64,000 nucleotides of DNA, from positions 609,616 through 673,615 of the forward strand of contig JBGAON010000002.1 of assembly GCA_044221725.1 (NCBI GenBank), written 5' to 3'. The DNA is from Elusimicrobiota bacterium (GTDB lineage Bacteria > Elusimicrobiota > Elusimicrobia > F11). Below are positions 23,157 through 31,250 of this stretch, one piece after another (the first letter of the stretch is position 1; each line of letters starts with the position of its first letter). The notes below the pieces were generated by a model. The model was given only the letters and a program-made list of their open reading frames with translations. It was not told the origin of the DNA and did no database searches. The translations under genes and the position numbers were made by a program.

Positions 23157-23173
23157 ACAACTACAGGTTGTAC
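23157..23173 (+). promoter_or_regulatory. Putative NrdR box
   Basis: acaactacaggttgtac: dyad ACAAC/GTTGT matching the CwAnAnnTwG core of the NrdR-box consensus, at the predicted transcription start. Confidence 0.55.
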
Positions 23174-23191
23174 CAAGAGGTCGAAGGCATA

Positions 23192-23719
23192 ATGAAATGC
23201 CCCCACTGCAATCATCCTGAAGATCACGTTATTGATTCGCGTCCGGTAGAAACCGGCAATGTCATTCGCCGTCGTCGCGAATGCATGCTCTGTGAAAAGC
23301 GGTTTACGACGTATGAACGCCTCGAAGTCATGCCCCTCATTGTTTTAAAGTCCGACAACCGACGGGAGCCGTTCGATCGAGAAAAACTTCGCGAAGGAAT
23401 CTCCCGCGCTTGCAAACACCGCAGCATCACGGCCGAACAAATTGAGAAACTCGTCACCGATGTGGAAACCTCCTTACAAGAAGACTTCGTGATGGAAGCG
23501 CCGAGCAAATCGATCGGCGAACGCGTGCTCGCGAAATTGAAAGATTTGGATCACGTGGCATACATCCGGTTTGCGTCCGTCTACAAGCAGTTCTCCGATG
23601 TGGACAGTTTTTTCCACGAAATCCGCGGTTTGAAACACGAACAAAAGATCAAGAACCGCAAAAATAATCCAATCGACCTATTGGCCACGTTTCTGAACGA
23701 ACCCACCGCTAAAAACTAA
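23192..23719 (+). CDS. nrdR: Transcriptional repressor NrdR
   Basis: MKCPHC..VIDSR..IRRRRECMLCEKRFTTYE zinc ribbon plus ATP cone ending AYIRFASVY. Confidence 0.96.
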   Translation: MKCPHCNHPEDHVIDSRPVETGNVIRRRRECMLCEKRFTTYERLEVMPLIVLKSDNRREPFDREKLREGISRACKHRSITAEQIEKLVTDVETSLQEDFVMEAPSKSIGERVLAKLKDLDHVAYIRFASVYKQFSDVDSFFHEIRGLKHEQKIKNRKNNPIDLLATFLNEPTAKN

Positions 23720-26325
23720 TGCCCAACGCGCAATCTCCCGAAAAACCAACACCGCTCTGGGAGGTCGAGCGTCCAAACACCATCAAGCTGACCGAGAATC
23801 AGCGCAAAGTCATCCAAGACAAATATCTGAAAGGCGCTCCCTCTGTCGAAGCATGGCTCGCCGGCGTCGCGCATAATATCGCGCTTGCCGAGTTGCTTTA
23901 TCATCCTTCGGCGCATCTGTGGGGTCTCTTTGACGGCGTTCGAGTGCTGAAAAAGGAAATGGTTTCGCCAGTGGCGGACGTCTCAGGTCCAAAACTCCTC
24001 CGCTCGTGGTTGTTCCACAACGGGCTGTATTATTCCGATGAACGCGACACGAACTTCCACCGGTTTATCGAAAATTGTGAGAACGCCGCGAAAAGATTCC
24101 CAGAGGCCGAAAAGAAAGTAGCCGAATGGGAAACCCAGTTTTACGATTTGATGGCCTCCTGGCAATTTCTGCCGAACTCGCCAACGCTCATGAACGCGGG
24201 ACGCGACATCCAGCAACTTTCAGCCTGTTACGTGCTGCCAATTGAAGACTCCATGGAAGGCGTCACGAACGCGCTCCAAGCGCAGGCGCTCATTCACAAA
24301 TCAGGCGGGGGAACCGGTTTTTCCTTTGAACGCATGCGCCCGGCCGGCGACCCCGTAAAATCCACCGAAGGTGTGGCATCCGGCGTGATCTCTTTCATGC
24401 AGGTGTTCGACAAAATGACCGGAGTCGTTAAGCAAGGCGGTAATCGTCGCGGCGCAAACATGGGCGTGCTTCCGTACTGGCATCCGGAGATCAGAGAGTT
24501 CGTGCGGCTGAAGGGTCGACCGGGCGTGATGGAGAATTTTAACATCTCGGTGGCAGTTGACGACAAATTCCTGGAATGCGTGGAAAATAATTGGGAATAC
24601 GATCTTTATAATCCACATACAAAAAAATCCGCTGGTCGCGTGTCCGCCCGCGAAATCTTTGACATGATCGTTGAATATGCTTGGAAGTCAGGCGATCCGG
24701 GACTAATATTCATAGATAAAATTAATAATTCGCGCTCAAACCCAACACCGGCGCTTGGGAAGATTGAATCCACCAATCCCTGCGGCGAGCAACCGCTACT
24801 TCCCAATGAGCCATGCAACCTCGGATCGCTGAATCTTTCCGTGTTCGTCACCGGCGAGTTCGGTAAGGCCGAGATCGATTGGGATGGACTAAATACCGCC
24901 GTGACCACAGCCGTCCGGTTGCTGGACAACGTGATTGATGTGAACAATTACCCTCTTCCCGAAATGGAGGCCATGGCCAAAAGCAATCGCCGCATCGGGC
25001 TGGGAATCATGGGATGGGCTGAAACGCTGGCCAAAATGGGAATCGCGTACGATTCGAAAGAAGCGATAGCAACCGCCGAAAAGGTTATGGAATTCATCAA
25101 CAGTGCGGCTTTTGACGCTTCTTGCCGGCTGGCCGACGAACGCGGCGTGTTTCCGAACTGGAAAAACAGCATTTACGACTCCGCGAGCGCGTATTTTGAC
25201 AAGAGTCACTCCGGATCACGCACACCTCGACATTGCGCGCGCACGACGATTGCGCCAACCGGCACGATTGGCTTGGCCGCCGGGCTTCAAGGTGCCGGCA
25301 TCGAACCGTTTTACGCGATGGCTTACACGCGCTACAACGCGCGGGCGCTCGAAGCCATCAAAAACAACATGGCACCGAATCCGCAGGATGTTTTGTTTGA
25401 AGTAAACCCGCTTTTTCGTTCGGTGGCCGAGAAAAACAATTTCTTTGGTCTAGGGGAACAGGAGCTGTGGAAACGCATCGAAGCGAACCAAAAATCCGTT
25501 CGCGGCATTGACGAGATTCCAAAACAGATTCAGGCGCTGTTCGCAACCGCGCACGATGTGGCACCCGAATTCCACGTTCGCATCCAAGCCGCCTTTCAAT
25601 CGCATGTCGACAATGCGGTATCGAAGACCGTCAATCTTCCGCACAGCGCAACGAGCCAAGACGTTCGCCGAATTTACCTGCTCGCGCATGAGCTCGGCTG
25701 CAAAGGCATCACCATCTACCGCGATGGAAGCAAGAAACAGCAAGTGCTGAATCTTTTTTCAGGCACGAAAAAGGTGAAACGTGCGCGCGATCTTTCGTTG
25801 GGCGTGTCATCGGAGTATTACGAAATCAAAACCGGCCACGGCCCGCTCCATGTGCACATTGATTACGATGAAGATGGACCGTACCGAGTTTTTGTAAGTT
25901 TGCCTCCGGTGGGAACGGAAACGTCGGGTCTCGCTTCCATCCTCGGCGTATTGATTTCGAAATACTTGGAGGAAGGCGGCGCCGCATCATCGCTGCTCAA
26001 ACATTTGCAATCCGTGAAAGGCGACCGCCCATACGGACTCGGTGAATTGCGCGTGAATTCCGTGCCGCACGCGATTGGGATTGCGCTTAAGAATCATCTG
26101 CGCAAACACGGCTGGCTCGGTGAAAACGAATCGGAAGGAGAATCGCTCGTTCGCGAAGACGGAAAACCCGCGGTGTTGCCGCCCGAAGAATCGGACAGTT
26201 TGGAATTGTGGAACTTGTCTCAAGTTAGTGATCGTTGTCCGGATTGCTACAGCACAAACATTCGATTTGGATCCGGTTGCTCAGGCCCCGTGTGCAACGA
26301 CTGCGGATATTCGGAGTGTAATTAA
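23719..26325 (+). CDS. nrdJ: Class II (adenosylcobalamin-dependent) ribonucleotide reductase
   Basis: FLPNSPTLMNAG, QLSACYV, GGGTGF, RRGANM, TNPCGEQPL, TTIAPTGT and KGITIYRDGS motifs; C-terminal TSCPD-like domain and CPDC..C..CNDCGYSEC. Confidence 0.92.
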   Translation: MPNAQSPEKPTPLWEVERPNTIKLTENQRKVIQDKYLKGAPSVEAWLAGVAHNIALAELLYHPSAHLWGLFDGVRVLKKEMVSPVADVSGPKLLRSWLFHNGLYYSDERDTNFHRFIENCENAAKRFPEAEKKVAEWETQFYDLMASWQFLPNSPTLMNAGRDIQQLSACYVLPIEDSMEGVTNALQAQALIHKSGGGTGFSFERMRPAGDPVKSTEGVASGVISFMQVFDKMTGVVKQGGNRRGANMGVLPYWHPEIREFVRLKGRPGVMENFNISVAVDDKFLECVENNWEYDLYNPHTKKSAGRVSAREIFDMIVEYAWKSGDPGLIFIDKINNSRSNPTPALGKIESTNPCGEQPLLPNEPCNLGSLNLSVFVTGEFGKAEIDWDGLNTAVTTAVRLLDNVIDVNNYPLPEMEAMAKSNRRIGLGIMGWAETLAKMGIAYDSKEAIATAEKVMEFINSAAFDASCRLADERGVFPNWKNSIYDSASAYFDKSHSGSRTPRHCARTTIAPTGTIGLAAGLQGAGIEPFYAMAYTRYNARALEAIKNNMAPNPQDVLFEVNPLFRSVAEKNNFFGLGEQELWKRIEANQKSVRGIDEIPKQIQALFATAHDVAPEFHVRIQAAFQSHVDNAVSKTVNLPHSATSQDVRRIYLLAHELGCKGITIYRDGSKKQQVLNLFSGTKKVKRARDLSLGVSSEYYEIKTGHGPLHVHIDYDEDGPYRVFVSLPPVGTETSGLASILGVLISKYLEEGGAASSLLKHLQSVKGDRPYGLGELRVNSVPHAIGIALKNHLRKHGWLGENESEGESLVREDGKPAVLPPEESDSLELWNLSQVSDRCPDCYSTNIRFGSGCSGPVCNDCGYSECN

Positions 26326-26334
26326 AGGAATTTT

Positions 26335-26919
26335 ATGCCAGTAAAGTCAGACAATTGGATTATTGAAAACGCTGAAGCGCAAGAGATGATTCGTCCGTTC
26401 GCGCGCGAGCAGGTGAAGCAAATTGAACTTCCGCAGGGAACCTTGCGTCGGCTGATTTCGTTTGGCGTTTCAAGTTACGGATACGATATGCGGCTTGGCA
26501 ACATGTTTCGTGTGTTGAAAACCGATTCAAAGTTCGAGTTGGATCCCAAGAACATTAAGCCCGGGCTTTTTCAAACGGTTCGCGCCGATGATTTCCTCAC
26601 GTTGCAGCCCCACGGACTTGTGCTGGCTCAGACAATGGAATATTTCAAAATTCCGCGCGACATTCTCACAATTTGTTTTGGCAAATCCACGTACGCGCGC
26701 TGCGGCGTTCTTGTGAACGTGACGCCGTTCGAACCTGAATGGGAAGGGCATGCGACGATAGCGATCAGCAATTTGACACCGCTGCCAGTAAAGCTGTATG
26801 CGGGAGAGGGAATTGCCCAATTAATTTTTCTTCAGTCCGACGACGTCTGCGCCGTTTCCTACCGGGATAAAAACGGCAAGTATCAGGCTCAGTTGGAACC
26901 AACAGAAGCAAAAATATAA
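26335..26919 (+). CDS. dcd: dCTP deaminase
   Basis: ISFGVSSYGYDMR, GKSTYARCG, TPFEPEWEG and YRDKNGKYQAQ motifs. Confidence 0.95.
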   Translation: MPVKSDNWIIENAEAQEMIRPFAREQVKQIELPQGTLRRLISFGVSSYGYDMRLGNMFRVLKTDSKFELDPKNIKPGLFQTVRADDFLTLQPHGLVLAQTMEYFKIPRDILTICFGKSTYARCGVLVNVTPFEPEWEGHATIAISNLTPLPVKLYAGEGIAQLIFLQSDDVCAVSYRDKNGKYQAQLEPTEAKI

Positions 26920-26935
26920 ACAAAAAATAAATGTA

Positions 26936-27057
26936 TCCCTCTCCCTTTAGGGAGAGGGTAGGGTGAGGGCAAATACCCCTATTAACTTCTCTTTCCGGAG
27001 AGAAATGAATAGGGTAGTGAACCCCTCTCCCTGACCCTCTCCCTAAAGGGAGAGGGA
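26936..27057. repeat. REP-like element family B: inverted pair forming a ~120-bp imperfect palindrome
   Basis: tccctctccctttagggagagggtagggtgagggc ... cccctctccctgaccctctccctaaagggagaggga, with inner stems ccctatt/aataggg and ttctct/agagaa. Confidence 0.85.
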
Positions 27058-27087
27058 AAGATGAATTATTAATAGGAGTTGTTATTT

Positions 27088-28251
27088 ATGGCCTTTTTCA
27101 TTGGACGTGAACGAGAAGCGCGACGTGCTTATGGATTTGACGAAATCGCACTGGTCCCCGGCGCACTGACCATTAACCCCGCGGAAGTCGATATCTCAAC
27201 AAAAATCGGCAACAACAAATTAGCGATTCCGTTTATCGCGAGCGCAATGGATGGCGTTGTGGACGTAAAATTCGCAATCGCGATGGGAAAATTGGGCGGC
27301 TTGGCCGTGCTCAATTTGGACGGCGTACAAACCCGTTACGAGGACCCCACCGAAATTTTAAGTGAGATTCAACGTGCCGACCCGGAAACGGCCACGGAAC
27401 TCGTACAGAAGATGTACAAAGAACCGATCAAAGAAAAATTGATCGCGAAACGGGTTGAACAAATGAAAAAGGGGGGCATTCATCCGGCCGTCTCGTGCAT
27501 CCCACAAAACGCCGAGAAGTTTGGACCGATCGCGCAAGAAGCGGGCGCGTCATTCGTTTTCTTGCAAGCCACCGTGATCACGGTGCGCCACCAAGCCACG
27601 AATTACAAAACCGTCGACCTGCACAAATTCTGTTCGAAAACGATGAAGATCGCAGTCGTGCTTGGAAATTCCGTGCAATACGATGCGACGCTTGAACTTA
27701 TGCAGACGGGCGCGGCTGGCATCTTGATCGGCGTGGGCCCGGGTTCGGCGTGCACATCACGCGGCGTGCTCGGCATTGGCGTTCCGCAAGTAACGGCGAC
27801 CGTTGACTGCGCGGCGGCCCGCGACTTCCATTTCAAACAAACCGGAAAGTACGTTCCTATCATTACGGACGGCGGCATGAGTACCGGCGGAGACATCTGC
27901 AAATCGTTTGCGTGCGGCGCCGATGCCGTGATGGTGGGCTCGGCGTTCGCTCGAGCGAAAGAAGCTCCCGGCGGCGGTTATCATTGGGGCATGGCCACAC
28001 CGCACCACAATTTGCCGCGCGGCACCCGCATTCGCGTGGGAACCACCGGTTCGCTGGAAGAGATTCTCAACGGCCCGGCCCGCACCGATGATGGAACACA
28101 AAACCTCGTCGGCGCGCTGCGCACCTCCATGGGCTCCGTGGGCGCCGCGAATGTTCGTCAATTCCAATTGACCGAAATTGTGCTCGCTCCGGAAATCAAA
28201 AACGAAGGGAAACTTTTCCAAAAAGCACAGAAAATCGGAATGGGCAAATAA
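27088..28251 (+). CDS. guaB3: GuaB3-family IMP dehydrogenase (lacks CBS domains)
   Basis: RRAYGFDEIALVP, ASAMDGVVD, IGVGPGSACTSRGVLGIGVPQ, ITDGG and HWGMATP..LPRGTRI motifs; AGGAG RBS upstream; directly before guaA. Confidence 0.9.
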   Translation: MAFFIGREREARRAYGFDEIALVPGALTINPAEVDISTKIGNNKLAIPFIASAMDGVVDVKFAIAMGKLGGLAVLNLDGVQTRYEDPTEILSEIQRADPETATELVQKMYKEPIKEKLIAKRVEQMKKGGIHPAVSCIPQNAEKFGPIAQEAGASFVFLQATVITVRHQATNYKTVDLHKFCSKTMKIAVVLGNSVQYDATLELMQTGAAGILIGVGPGSACTSRGVLGIGVPQVTATVDCAAARDFHFKQTGKYVPIITDGGMSTGGDICKSFACGADAVMVGSAFARAKEAPGGGYHWGMATPHHNLPRGTRIRVGTTGSLEEILNGPARTDDGTQNLVGALRTSMGSVGAANVRQFQLTEIVLAPEIKNEGKLFQKAQKIGMGK

Positions 28252-28267
28252 TTTAAGGGAAAGAAAA

Positions 28268-29794
28268 ATGATTGTTATCTTAGACTTCGGTTCTCAGTAC
28301 ACGCAGCTTATCGCGCGCAAGGTGCGCGAATCCAATGTGTATTGCGAGATTCATCCGTTCTCAACAAGCTGGTCCACGATCGCAAAGTTAAATCCATCCG
28401 GTGTCATTCTGTCTGGTGGGCCATCAAGCGTGTACGAGAAGAAAGCGCCGAAGCCGGACAAAGCAATTTGGGACAGCGGGGTACCGATTCTCGGTATCTG
28501 CTACGGGCTTCAGCTCATGGTGGACCACTTCGGAGGCAAAGTGCAGTCGGCGTCCAAACGCGAATATGGTCCAGCGACGATTCAGCTCGCGACATCGAAT
28601 TCGATCTTCACGGACCTTCCGAAAAACTTGCCCGTGTGGATGAGCCACGGCGACGCGGTCACAAAAATCCCAAGCGGTTTTTCGATTCTCGCGAAAAGCG
28701 ACAACGCTCCGTTCGCCGCGATCAAACACGATTCGAAGAAAATGATGGGCGTGCAGTTCCATCCCGAAGTTCACCACACGCCCAACGGCGTCGACATCTT
28801 GAAAAACTTCACGCACGGAATTTGTAAAGACTCGGCCGCCTGGAGCATGAAGTCGTTTGTCGATGAAGCCATCCGCGACGTGCAGGCCCAAGTGGGGAAT
28901 GAAAAAGTCATTCTCGGTCTTTCCGGCGGCGTGGACTCAGCGGTGGCCGCGGCGCTCTTGCACCGCGCCATCGGCCCGCAACTCACTGCGATTTTCGTCG
29001 ACAACGGCGTGCTGCGGTCGGGCGAGAAGGAACGCATCCGCCGCATCTTTGATGGATCGATGGGATCGAATCTGCGGGTCATCAATGCGGGCCCGTCGTT
29101 CCTGAAGAAATTAAAAGGCATGACCGATCCTGAGAGAAAACGGAAAACGATCGGCGCAGAATTTATCCGCGTGTTCGATGCCGAAGCGAAGAAGATTAAA
29201 GGCGTGAAATTCCTGGCGCAAGGCACACTCTATCCGGACGTCATTGAAAGCGTGTCGGTCAAAGGTCCGTCGGCCACGATCAAAACGCATCACAACGTGG
29301 GCGGACTGCCGAAAAAAATGAAGCTGAAATTGGTCGAGCCGCTGCGATTCTTGTTCAAAGACGAGGTGCGTGCACTGGGACGAGAGCTTGGGCTGCCCTC
29401 CGAACTTCTCAATCGCCATCCATTCCCGGGCCCCGGTCTCGCCATCCGAATTCTCGGTGAAGTCACGAAAGAACGCGTGTCTCTGTTGCAACAAGCGGAT
29501 CTCATTGTCGAATCCGAAATTCGCGCCGCCGGCTTATACGATCAATTGTGGCAAGCGTTTGCGGTCTTGCTGCCCGTGAAATCCGTGGGCGTCATGGGCG
29601 ATCTTCGCACGTACGAAAACACCGTGGCCGTTCGCGCCGTGACATCGCTCGATGCGATGACCGCCGACTGGGCCGACTTGCCGCGCCCGGTGCTGTCGCG
29701 CATCTCGAACCGCATCATCAATGAAGTGAAAGGCATCAACCGCGTTGTGTTGGACATTTCATCGAAGCCACCGGCCACCATCGAATGGGAATAA
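28268..29794 (+). CDS. guaA: GMP synthase (glutamine-hydrolysing)
   Basis: ILDFGSQYTQLIAR, GICYG, QFHPEV, SGGVDS and KPPATIEWE motifs. Confidence 0.98.
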   Translation: MIVILDFGSQYTQLIARKVRESNVYCEIHPFSTSWSTIAKLNPSGVILSGGPSSVYEKKAPKPDKAIWDSGVPILGICYGLQLMVDHFGGKVQSASKREYGPATIQLATSNSIFTDLPKNLPVWMSHGDAVTKIPSGFSILAKSDNAPFAAIKHDSKKMMGVQFHPEVHHTPNGVDILKNFTHGICKDSAAWSMKSFVDEAIRDVQAQVGNEKVILGLSGGVDSAVAAALLHRAIGPQLTAIFVDNGVLRSGEKERIRRIFDGSMGSNLRVINAGPSFLKKLKGMTDPERKRKTIGAEFIRVFDAEAKKIKGVKFLAQGTLYPDVIESVSVKGPSATIKTHHNVGGLPKKMKLKLVEPLRFLFKDEVRALGRELGLPSELLNRHPFPGPGLAIRILGEVTKERVSLLQQADLIVESEIRAAGLYDQLWQAFAVLLPVKSVGVMGDLRTYENTVAVRAVTSLDAMTADWADLPRPVLSRISNRIINEVKGINRVVLDISSKPPATIEWE

Positions 29795-29799
29795 GGATT

Positions 29800-29835
29800 G
29801 CCCTCACCCTAACCCTCTCCCTAAAGGGAGAGGGA
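29800..29835. repeat. REP-like element family B, single copy
   Basis: gccctcaccctaaccctctccctaaagggagaggga is the near-exact reverse complement of 26936-26970. Confidence 0.85.
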
Positions 29836-29849
29836 ATGTGATTTCCGAA

Positions 29850-30722
29850 ATGGAATCCGTTATTAATTTGCCTTTGTTTCGGCGGGGGAAGGTCCGCGAT
29901 GTGTACGATCTCGGCTCACAACTTTTGCTTGTGGCAAGCGATCGCATCTCCGCGTTTGATTTTGTTTTGCCGACACCGGTGCCGGACAAAGGAAAAATTC
30001 TCAACGAAATTTCGGCGTTTTGGTTCAAGAAGCTCGACAGAGTCATCGCGAATCATTTGATCACGACCGATGTCTCCAAATATCCGGAAGTTGCCAAACC
30101 GTTTGCGGCGCAGCTGGATCGCCGCTCGATGCTCGTGCAGAAAACCGACAAGCTGGAAGTCGAATGCATCGTGCGCGGTTATTTGGCTGGATCCGGATGG
30201 AAGGATTATCAAAAGACTCGCACAATCTGCGGCATCGAACTTCCGAAAGGCCTTAGCGAATCCGAGAAACTCCCGGAACCAATTTTCACTCCGACAACAA
30301 AAGCGGAAGGCGGCGCGCACGACGAGAACATGACGTTTGACGAGCTCGCCGCACAAATCGGCGCACCGCTCGCGCAAACATTGAAGAAGAAAAGTCTCGA
30401 GCTTTACGAAGCAGGTCGCGCGTGGGCCGAATCGCGCGGAATCATTTTGGCCGACACGAAATTCGAATTCGGAATGATCGGCGGTCAGCCGATTCTCATC
30501 GATGAAGTGATGACGCCCGACTCGTCGCGCTTTTGGGATCAAAAAATATACGCGAAAGGTCGGTCGCAAGATTCGTTTGATAAGCAATTCGTGCGCGACT
30601 ATTTGGAAAGCATCAAGTGGGACAAGAAGCCGCCGGTGCCGGAGCTACCGGCCGAGATCGTTCAAAAAACCAAACAGAAATATTTGGAAGCCTACGAAAG
30701 GATTACGAATGCAAAGTTTTGA
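29850..30722 (+). CDS. purC: SAICAR synthase
   Basis: RGKVRDVY, SDRISAFD, ECIVRGY, ADTKFEFG, DEVMTPDSSRFW and DKQFVRDYL motifs. Confidence 0.97.
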   Translation: MESVINLPLFRRGKVRDVYDLGSQLLLVASDRISAFDFVLPTPVPDKGKILNEISAFWFKKLDRVIANHLITTDVSKYPEVAKPFAAQLDRRSMLVQKTDKLEVECIVRGYLAGSGWKDYQKTRTICGIELPKGLSESEKLPEPIFTPTTKAEGGAHDENMTFDELAAQIGAPLAQTLKKKSLELYEAGRAWAESRGIILADTKFEFGMIGGQPILIDEVMTPDSSRFWDQKIYAKGRSQDSFDKQFVRDYLESIKWDKKPPVPELPAEIVQKTKQKYLEAYERITNAKF

Positions 30723-30725
30723 ATT

Positions 30726-30774
30726 CGTCGCCCTGGAATGTCTCAATCCTGGCTTAAGACGTGCCAGGATGACG
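30726..30774. repeat. Palindromic element family A, internally deleted copy
   Basis: cgtcgccctggaatgtctcaatcctggcttaagacgtgccaggatgacg. Confidence 0.8.
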
Positions 30775-30779
30775 GCTTT

Positions 30780-31250
30780 ATGATCATTGAAATCCACGCG
30801 CGCAAACCGGAATTTGATCCGCTCGCGAAACATGTTCGCGCGGAGCTCATCGAAGCGGGGCACAAACCCGCCGAAGCGGTCGTGCAAACGCAACGGCTTT
30901 ACAAAATCGACGGCAACTTCGATTTGAAAGCGGCCGAAAACATCGCGAACACGTTGCTTGTTGATCCGGTGGTCGAATCGGTGGTCATCGACCATCCGGC
31001 AATAAAAAAATCAAAAAAGAAAGCGACCGGCTTCGTACTCGACGTTTGGCCGAAGGCCGGCGTGACCGATCCGGTCGGAGAAACCGTTGAGAAGGGACTG
31101 AACGATCTTGGTTACTCAAAACCATTTCATGCGGCGTCCGCAATCCGCTACGTATTTCCGAAAATTAAAGACGCGCGCGTCATCGAAAATCTTGCAAAAA
31201 AGGTGCTCGCAAACGAACTGATCCATGACATCCACATCCGAAAAAACTAG
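30780..31250 (+). CDS. purS: Tandem PurS-domain protein (FGAM synthase subunit)
   Basis: Two PurS-like halves (LLVDPVVE; KAGVTDPVGETV...VLANELI); lies between purC and purL. Confidence 0.75.
   Translation: MIIEIHARKPEFDPLAKHVRAELIEAGHKPAEAVVQTQRLYKIDGNFDLKAAENIANTLLVDPVVESVVIDHPAIKKSKKKATGFVLDVWPKAGVTDPVGETVEKGLNDLGYSKPFHAASAIRYVFPKIKDARVIENLAKKVLANELIHDIHIRKN

Noticed and set aside
26920..27087. Purine or other riboswitch upstream of guaB3
   Set aside because: The structure is explained by an inverted REP-like pair that recurs at 29800; no purine, ZTP or PRPP aptamer core is recognisable.
29745..29849. N-terminal extensions in the ORF track (purC PHPNPLPKGRG, carA MDRDIPG, purS MSQSWLK, pyrE MGLAMT)
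   Set aside because: These are read-ins from upstream repeats or neighbouring genes; homology starts at the downstream Met.
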